Shown one piece after another: positions 51,401-61,300 of a DNA stretch of 64,000 bases. Source of the stretch: Octopus bimaculoides (lineage: Eukaryota). The notes under the pieces are model-generated. The model made no database searches, was not told where the DNA came from, and was given only the letters and a program-made list of their open reading frames with translations. Positions within the stretch are counted from its first letter, which is position 1. Each line of letters starts with the position of its first letter. Position numbers and translations under genes: made by a program. The stretch spans positions 67,179,729 to 67,243,728 of the forward strand of contig NC_068991.1 of the NCBI RefSeq assembly GCF_001194135.2, given 5' to 3'.

Positions 51401-52306
51401 AAATGAGTAAAGAGTATGATTAAATGGTTTCAATAAAAGTTATTTACAAGTCCCTCGGTGCATGTACAATAGAGACAGTGATGGCATGGTTGAATTTGAA
51501 CTCGTGATCAAATTGTGTAGATTTGAACCTTAACCACGTTCATGTAAAAATATATAAAAATATATTATAGAAACTATTGAATATTTCAAAAGCGAATCAC
51601 CTTTGCCAACAGTCAGCATGCATCACATGACCACAAGAGCTGGTGTGAGTTCCACAAAAAAGGTCTGAAGACATAAATAAAGGATCTTCATCTTCGTTGT
51701 TTATGTGTTTGCCTCTTGATTGAGATAAGACAGAAGACCTGAAATTGAGAAAATTATAACAATATAAACACACATAAAACCAAAATTACAAAAAAAAAAA
51801 AAATCTAAGTATGGTTAAGTATTTTAATATTCCACAATTATTTCAAAAATGATTTTCAATTATTTGATATATAAAAAAAAGAAACAAATTAATTAAATTA
51901 ATGACAATCTTGTCAACCTCAGCGATATAGAATGCATTAACCTATCTGAAAGCCCCAATCTGTTCAAATTCAGTGCCCTTAGGATGTTACAAGATCGAAT
52001 GTACAGTGCAGTCTAACATTTAAACCTGGGGGTCAGCAACCATATTTTTTGTAATAGTTCACTTTTGTTTTCTTTAATATCTGCCCATTGCACACATGTA
52101 TATCAATCATATCATATATCTTTTCTTAACATCCTTAGGCGCAGGAGTGGCTGTGTGGTAAGTAGCTTGCTTACCAATCACATGGTTCCGGGTTCATTCC
52201 CACTGAGTGGCACCTTGAGTAAGTGTCTTCTACTATAGCCTCAGGCCCACCAAAGCCTTGTGAATGGATTTGGTAGATGGAAACTGAAAGAAGCCTGTTG
52301 TATATA

Positions 52307-52379
<73 letters not shown>

Positions 52380-55300
52380 TTGTGTGTCTGTGTTTGTCCC
52401 CCCAACATCGCTTGACAACCGATGCTGGTGTGTTTACATTCCCGTAACTTAGCGGTTCGGCAAGAGACTGATAGAATAAGTACTAGGCTTTCAAAGAATA
52501 AGTCCTGGGGTCGATTTGCTCGACTAAAGGCGGTGCTCCAGCATGGCCACAGTCAAATGACTGAAACAAGTAAAAGAGTAAAAGAGTAATGAAGTTATTA
52601 ACCGAGAGATATTTATATTACAAAAATCAGTACAGACGTACGCTTACCTTTGTACAAGGGCTGAAAGAACCATTACACGTGCATTGTAAGAAATCTCTTG
52701 GTCTTCTTGACACAGAATACACACAGCTTTAATGGGGACTACGTTGTTGGTGCTAGTTTGTCCACAACCCAATGCAACAGGGAAAGGAGTAGATGTAAGT
52801 TCACTGGAAAAACAAAAAACACTACACCCAATAAATTTAACAAATTAAAATAACAACTGAATGTACAAAACTACTTAGAGAGACTCTTTTACCAATTTCT
52901 ACCAAATGGACTAAATCTATTTTTAATATCTGCTTGACTGGTAGTCTAGTAATTCATCAATTAAGTACAACATTTTCAAATGGTCTATTCGCTGAATTAA
53001 TAATCTTGAAGGATAAACTCTCTTCCAATGCTTAATTTTAACATTCATGTAGAATATCACAAGTTTTACATACTTCCTGTATCTTGTGACTTAACTGCAC
53101 AAGGAGTTTGATGCAGGGAGCCTGGTTATGCATCTGAATATGGCTTCTAGTAGAACCATGTATGACTTCGGCATTATTTGGATGCACAAATTCTTACAGG
53201 ACTTATTCTAAAACTTAGCTAAGGCATACAAGCAGTAGACTTTCAAAATACTCAAAGACAAGCCAAAATATTATAGCAGGGAAAAGAAGTTACAAAGAGA
53301 GGAACAGCATGATAGATGCAATTTTTTTCAAATTGCTTCAACAAAGAACATGAAATATTTTCCACACGAAAACCAAAAGCATGTTATAGACATTTTGCAA
53401 CATTAACACAAATCCTAGAGACATAGTTTCAGCTCTTCCTCTTCTCTAATAGTTCCTGCTCTTCTAAACTGGCAAACTGCATGCCATCTAAAGCACCGGC
53501 TTGTGCCTTTCTGTCTTACCCTCCAAACCTCACAATCAACACTTGTCAAACCTTTCTTTTCTACAACTGTAGTCTTTGCTGTTTCTACTGGCATCAACCA
53601 ACAATAATTCAAGTTGTGACCCCCAACCAATCTGGGAAGGGTTTATAAAAAGTAATAGACAAGCACTGCTTCTCCCTTATGATTAAACCGTAATAGGAAG
53701 ACATAGGTGCTTTTGAACGATTTACTCAATCATCATCATTTAACATCCGTTGTCTATGCTGGCAAGTTGGAGGCTGCACCAGATGCCAGTCTGGTTTAGC
53801 AGGGTTTCTATGGCTGGTTGCTCTTCCTAACACCAAACACTTTACAGAGTGTGCTGGATGCTGGCACCACACAGGCACTTTTACGTGTCGCCACACAGGT
53901 GCATTTATGATTCACTGCACAGGTGCTTTTACATGTTGCTGCATGGGTGCGTTTATATGTCGCTGCATGGCCGCTTTACACAACTACAAGGATTAGTCTT
54001 GTCTTAATCCTTCTGCTACGGGGTACAGGTCTTCTTGAGTACAGCCAGGTGCCAGCTATCTTGATCCTTTGTTATCTCGCTTGAAAGGTTCAGCTTCCTG
54101 AGGTCATGCTTCAGTACTTCATCCCAGGTCTTTCTGGGTCTCCCACTTCAACTTGTTCTATCCCCTTCATGGAGCTGTCAGCATCCCTAAGTGAATAATT
54201 ACTACCCCAAAGGCAATAACTAGTAAAGTTGCCCTCCAAAGAGCAGAACACAAAGCACCAAGCTAGCCAATATAACTATCACCAACTACACCACCTCTAC
54301 CATTGTACAAGTATAAAAATAGCAAAACTCAACCTCAAATCCATGTCTGACCAAGCTGAGGTCAGGCCGGATGTTGCCATCTCACAGAGAGAAGGATTGT
54401 CTTGAATAAAGCTTCGTTGCATTGCAGACAGCTGTGACATAATCCGTTGCCGTCGTTTAGCCGCCAACTCGGCCTTCTTCTTCTTCTCCTGCTCCCGTTT
54501 AACATCATAAGTACTGCTCAGATTGTTTATACTGGAAATACTTTCAAATTCATTCTCCATTTTCCTCACAGCAGCAAATTTCTGCAAAACAATGAATAAA
54601 TAAAGGATTCAGCCACCTGTCAGTTTACAACTCATAAGTAGTTAGAATAGAAGCATATATTGCATGTAATGGTTATAGTTCTGTACTCAAGTGTCTTTTA
54701 CAGGTTTTAGTCAACTGATAAAATCCCAATCGCCAACCACTCCGAGAGTGTAGTGGGTGCTTTTACATGCCACCGGCATGAAGGCCAGTCAGGAGGTACT
54801 GGCAACGGCCACGCTCAAAATGGTGTATTTTACGTGCCACCTGCACAGGAGCCAGTCCAGCGGCACTGGCAATCTTGCTCGAATGTCTTTACACGTGCCA
54901 GATCACAGAACCTAAACAAAATACTACAAGGTATTTTTATCCAGCATTTTACCAAGTTTATCATTTGCCTACTGTATAATAGATATTTTGTTCCTCCAGG
55001 TTCAAAGCCTTATACAATTTAATCATTCAATTTTAAGGATTAAAGTAAACTTGCAAATATTTAGCAGAAGAATACATATTAATATGTATACAAACATATT
55101 AGTCTTTAATACTTATGCCACTATATACTTCAAGTAAGTTTGAAAAAAAAATTTGGAAGGATTTAAGTAAAATACCTAAATTTTTCATTTATTGGTATAT
55201 TAATCTGATATTAGTAACGTAACTAAAAAAAAACAATTACATATATTCATCATCATCACCATCATCGTTTAACGTCTGTTTTCCATGCTGGCATGGGTTG

Positions 55301-58300
55301 GACGGTTTGACTGAGGTCTGGAGAGCCAGCAGCTTCACCAGGCTCCAATCTGATCTGGTAATGTTTCTACAGCTAGATGCCTTTCCTAATGCCAACCACT
55401 CCAAGTGTGTAGTGGGTGCTTTTTTAGGAGCCAATCAGCTGGACCTGGCATCAATCATGTTTGGATGGTGCTTTTTACGTGCCACCAGCACAAGATTTTG
55501 AATTGGTTTTATAAAATACAAAAAGAGGTGGTCTTATATGGGTTGGTATCAAAAAGGTTCAAAAGGTGTAAACTATTAATCCATAACAGAAAAAGTTGGC
55601 TCATTTCAGGGAAAAATGTTTTAATAGCATGTCAATTTGTTCTAGACGGTAAAAATTAGAATGGTTATTCTACTCACATTAAGAACCCATTTGAGGAGCT
55701 TGCTCTGATATTCCTGAGTAAGATTCTCACTGCCAACAACACTATGTAATAACTTGAGAATATTCTGACCATCTGGAATAAAAATAAAAGACTTCATTAA
55801 AAATACTGCAAACTAGAAGAATCAGAGGTAAAAAACATGTAATTACTATATTAACAGAGGCATAAAAGCTAAGTCTGGTTTAACCAGCTTACACACACAC
55901 ACAAATTTCTCATTACGTCACAAAAAAATAAAAACAAATTTGGAATACCTTTTGTAGCTTTTGCAAGAAATTCAAAAGGCTCGTTGTTTTCATAGGCTGC
56001 CTTCTGTTCGTGGAGAGCCAGTCCAATTAGATGCACTACCTGAGTAAAAATGGATAGCGAAAAATGTATAACCACAGTAACAATAGAAAAAAGCAGTAAG
56101 GAGTAAAGACAAAGCTACACAAAGCAAACTGATATATTGCTAATAGGGGCCAACAGAAAAACCCTACATAATTTTTCTGACTTGCTAAATACATTAGCCA
56201 AAGTTTTCTCAAATCATACCTTAACATCTTAAAAACAGTATACATTGAGTAATTTAGTCCTAGATGCACTATCTGAATAAAAGGTGAGATAGTTACAACC
56301 AGAATATTTATGCCTGGTAACTGTGCCGCCACTGCCATCATCATCATAATTTAAACTTTGCTTGCCATGCTAGTGTGGGTTGGATGGTTGGACAGGAGCT
56401 GGTAAAACTGGGGTACCATTGTCTGTTTTGACATGGTTTCTATGGCTGGATGTCCTCCCTAATGCCAACCACTTTACAGAGTGTATGGGGTACTTTTTAC
56501 ATGAAACCATCACCAGATGCTTTTCACGTGGCACCATCGCCAGTGCTTTTCACGTGGTACCATCACCAGGTGCTTTTTACATGGCGCCAGCACCAGTGCT
56601 TTTTACGTGGCACCATCACCAGGTGCTTTTTATGTGGCACCATCACCAGGTGCTTTTCACGTGGCACCATCACCAGGTGTTTTTCACGTGGCACCATCAC
56701 CAGGTGTTTTTTACATGGCGCCAGCACCAGTGCTTTTTACGTGGCACCATCACCAGGTGCTTTTTACGTGACACCATCATCAGGTGCTTTTTATGTGCCT
56801 CATATACAAACAATTGTGTTCTTAATCGACAACCTCATATCCATTGCTGACATTTACATAAAAGGCAATGTTAAATAGTAATACATACCCTTTCAAATTG
56901 AGTCTCGGACCATGATCTGGAGCGTTCAGCAGCTGTTCGAGACAGTACAATTGTCATTATATGGATCATTACATCACAACTCAAAACATTCCGTACTCCA
57001 GCAAATAATTTACAGAACCGAGGAGGGGCTGGTGGTGGTAAAGCTGTTGAGAGAAGGTAAAACAAGGTAAGTTGGCAGATTCCTTTACATGAAAGTTCAC
57101 ACAAACACAGTTAATTCTAAAACTATGCTATCACTATTAATTTCTTTCACTGACTTGAAGCAACATGTTTTGTAGAAGAGTACAGATAGTTATATCAACC
57201 CAAGTACTTGACTGGTACTTTATTTTATCAACCCTGAAAGGATAAAAGGCAAGGTTGAACCAAATAGGATTTAAATTTAGTTTACCTCGATCTTCTCCAG
57301 CTTGCTTCTTTTTCTTCATTTGACTTTCTTCAGACTGCAAGAAATATATAAAGATCATTATTAAGATGGCCATCAATATTGTTGAAAAGGTTGAGTAAGA
57401 CTTTAGAAAGTGTGTTTGTTCTACAGCAAGCATTATATTGATGCCAGTGATAATAAAATAAATGATAATGCTTAGTAATATAATAACTGATTGTCAAAGT
57501 AGTTAAATAATTAATAAATAAGTGTTCAATGACTAACGCTGAGGCCTGGTTTTTGTTATTTGTAGATAAAAGACAAATCAATTTCCTGAGAGGATCTCAG
57601 TATATTTCACATAAGAATTATAAATAACCTGTTTTAGTATTTCTAACAGGTGAAATGAAGCAATAGAATTGAATGAACAGACAAAATACACAACTATACA
57701 TCGTTAATAGATTTGAACTTCAGTTAATGCTCTAACCACCTGTAATATAGAATTCAGTGTGTGTTTCCAGAGACATAAAGTCTGATGGAGACTAGCAACA
57801 TATCCACCTGGTAACAATCTCACTATGCAGTAATTATACATCTATGATCGTTTTAACCCTTTCATGGTCATGCTTCAAATGAAATGAACTCCTTATGATT
57901 CTGAAGTGATTTTTGTAGAATAATTAAGAATTTGAAGGTATTTAGAAAAATAACATTGTCCATCATTAATCAGATGATGGAACGTAACAAAAGATTCTAA
58001 CATAAAATTATAACGGGTTTAAATTTACATACTCTTATTCTTTTTACTTATTTCAGTCATTTGACTGCGGCCATGCTGGAGCACTGCCTTAATAGTCGAG
58101 CAAATCGACCCCAGAGCCTATTCTTTGTAAGCCTAGTACTTATTCTATCGGTCTCTTTTGCCGAACTGCTAAGTTACAGGGACGTTAACACACCAGCATC
58201 GGTTGTCAAGCGATGCTGGGGGGACAAACAGACATACACACATATATATATATATACATATACAACGGGCTTCTTCCAGTTTCCGTCTACCAAATCCACT

Positions 58301-61300
58301 CACAAGGCTTTGGTCAGCCTGAGGCTATAGTAGAAGACACTTGCCCATGGTGCCACATAATGGGACTGAACCCAGAACCATGTGGCTGGTAAGCAAGCTA
58401 CTTACCACACAGCCACTCCTGCACCATAAATACATTTTAAAAGAAATTTGTATCATAGAATCAGAGTTTTCATTTGAGTTGGTGTCAAAAGGGTTAAAGA
58501 CGCCTACATTTCAATACAGAGGCAGATAAACCCTTCATTCTTGTAACATTAGAGATTTGTAAACAGAAACAATCTGGCATTTGGGTTATGAGATCGTGCT
58601 GTGGACAGTTGAACTGCAACTTTACACACAATGAGTTGGAACACTGAACAAAATAGAAATAATAAGCAGTACTTCTACAATACAATGAATGAGTATACAT
58701 AACACTTACTTTAGATTGCTCTGACCTGCTATAGTGATAGAAATAGGGATTGTATTGCTCACAATACTCTGGTTTTAGCTCATAGTGTCCTTTGCCTCCA
58801 ACTTGACTTTTCCTGAAATGATGGAAACATTTGAATTAAAAAAACATGCTTACAAATTCATCAATATCAAGGTCTATATATTTCCTTATGCTAGCTCAAG
58901 TTAGATAGATGTATTGTACAAGCTCTCATTGTTCAGCTTAGACTACCATTACTATGTGAAGCCCAACATCCTGAGATCTCATATCAGCAGTGTTCGCTTT
59001 CGTGACTTTGTCTTCTTTTGCTGTAAGGCACTCTGCACTGACAACTCAAATCAATATCAGAACAGTTATTTCTCCAACACTTTGGTAAATGTTTGAAGTC
59101 CAGCTGCTCCCCCCGGCTTAGAGGGATTTGAACACAGAGCACAGTGATTTAGAACAACTACCATGAACTAATCTGTCCAGTGCCAATTCACCATCTTTAA
59201 GAATTCATAGTAATACTCAATATTTCTCTCTGGTTCACATACAGACACACACACTATTCAGTAATAATTCCTGGATTAATTTCAAAGTTATTGAGGCACA
59301 AGAATGGCACTGTGGTTAAAAAGTTCACTTCACAACCACATGGTGCCAGATTCACACACACTCCGTGATATTTTAGAAAAGTATCTTCTTTTAGTCTCTG
59401 CTTGACCAATAACCAGTGACTGGAAGTTGGTGGACAGAAACAGTGGGAAAGCCTGAAAGCGGCAAGTTGGCAGAAACGTTAGCACGCTGGGCGAAATGCT
59501 TAGCGATATTTCGTCTGCCGTTACGTTCTGAGTTCAAATTCCGCTGAGATCGACCTTGCCTTTCATCCTTTCAGGGTCGATAAATTAAGTACCAGTTACG
59601 CACTGGGGTCGATGTAATCGACTTAATCTCTCTGTCTGTCCTTGTTTGTCCCCTCTATGTTTAGCTCCTTGTGGGCAATAAAGAAATAAGAAACAGTGGG
59701 AAAGCCTGATGTGTTTATGACAACACCACCATTAGCCAAAAACCAAATCTTGTGTCAGAGAAATCTATAAAGTAAGTCCCCAACTGAAAGAAAAACTATG
59801 GGTGACACAATCAACTAAAACCCTTGAAAGTGGTACCCCAACATAACTGAAAATAGTAAAATAGTATTTAGTGAATAATGTCAAAAGGATCCCTAAAGTG
59901 TAGCCCGAGATGGAGACAAAAATTAAACATTCACATTTCAGTATGGGATCAGACAACACAAAATAAGAGATGAAAAAAAATATCTTACTTAAAATTTGCG
60001 ACTTCATTCACCACAAGTTCAATTCCAGTCTCATGATTCCACTGAAATAATTATTATCATCGTCAATAATCTGCATAAGTTAGTAAAATTAAACAAATAA
60101 ATTAGAAATCTGTAGTAGAAATGATGTTTGGCAGTTTGAACCAGACCTACCTCGTTAAACTTAAGTGCCAAAGCCCCAACAACCCATATTAGACCTTCCT
60201 TTGCCATTGTTCCAGTCATACATGTTAGGTACACAAATTAAAGTTATTTCTGCCGAAACAGGTTTAGCAGGTCTTTAAAAAATTCAATTTCTTCACAGTT
60301 TAACTTTCAAATGAAAATACCATTATCAACTATGACGTTACAAATGACAAACATTTAGAGTTGAAAATTTATTTCTTCCACAAGTTTTTGAACTAGAAAT
60401 TAAAAAAAAAATAAAAATTGACCTGGATTATTAGAGTCAGACTAGGAAACGTTAAACAGTTTCTGTTATTATACTGATATTACACTGCTTTTGTAGTATA
60501 GGTTAATAATTAAAAGTTGCACTTACATCTTCGGGTAGGGCTTTTACAAGTTCACTGTGTGCCATTGGAGTAATGCACAACTGGTGGATAATTTCCCTCT
60601 TGACAACGTCTTTGTGGGTTACTTGCCCCACACCAACAGTGTAACGTTCACCTAAAGAAAAAAAAAAAAAGAAAAAAAAGGAGGGGAGGAGTCAAACAAT
60701 AGTTTATATTAAGTCCAATATATTTTTTTTAACATTTGTTTCCACATGCTAACCTGTACCCCAAGAGTTCTGGAGGTTTCTAATAATCACTGCCAGAGCA
60801 GCGGTTTTACTCCCATGCCGGAGGCACGTAAAAAGCACCATTTGAGCGCGACTGTTTCCAGTTTCGCCTTACTGGCACTTGTGCTGGTGGCATGCGAACA
60901 AAACATTGGACTGACTCCTGTGTAGGTGGCACATAAAAAACACCATTGGAGCGTGGCCGTTGCCAGTACCGCCGGACTGGCCCCCGTGCTAGTGGCATGT
61001 AAAAAGCACCCACTACACTCTCGGAGTGGTTGGCGTTAGGAAGGGCATCCAGCTGTAGAAACTCTGCCAGATCAGATTGGAGTCTGGTGTAGCCATCCGC
61101 TTTGCCAGTCCCCAGTCAAATCATCCAACCCATGCTAGCATGGAAAGCGGACGTTAAATGATGATGAAATTATAAAGTTCTTAAACTGTCAAACACAGGA
61201 AACTGATATAACTACATCTCAGATTAAAACAACGGTTATAGACAAAATTTGAACAATTAGTTTGGAATCTTAAGCCCATCTCAAAACTCCAATTAAATAA

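Noticed and set aside
56380-56878. Repeat-rich ORFs and CRISPR-like appearance of the 27-bp array
   Set aside because: Units are contiguous with no unique spacers, there are no cas genes, and the context is a eukaryotic intron; the ORFs stay open only because the unit lacks stop codons.
22533-58529. Recurrent short ORFs such as MLGGQT.., MSSDVGGT.., [16 protein letters not shown]..
   Set aside because: These are translations of SINE families A and B, repeated at multiple loci, not genes.
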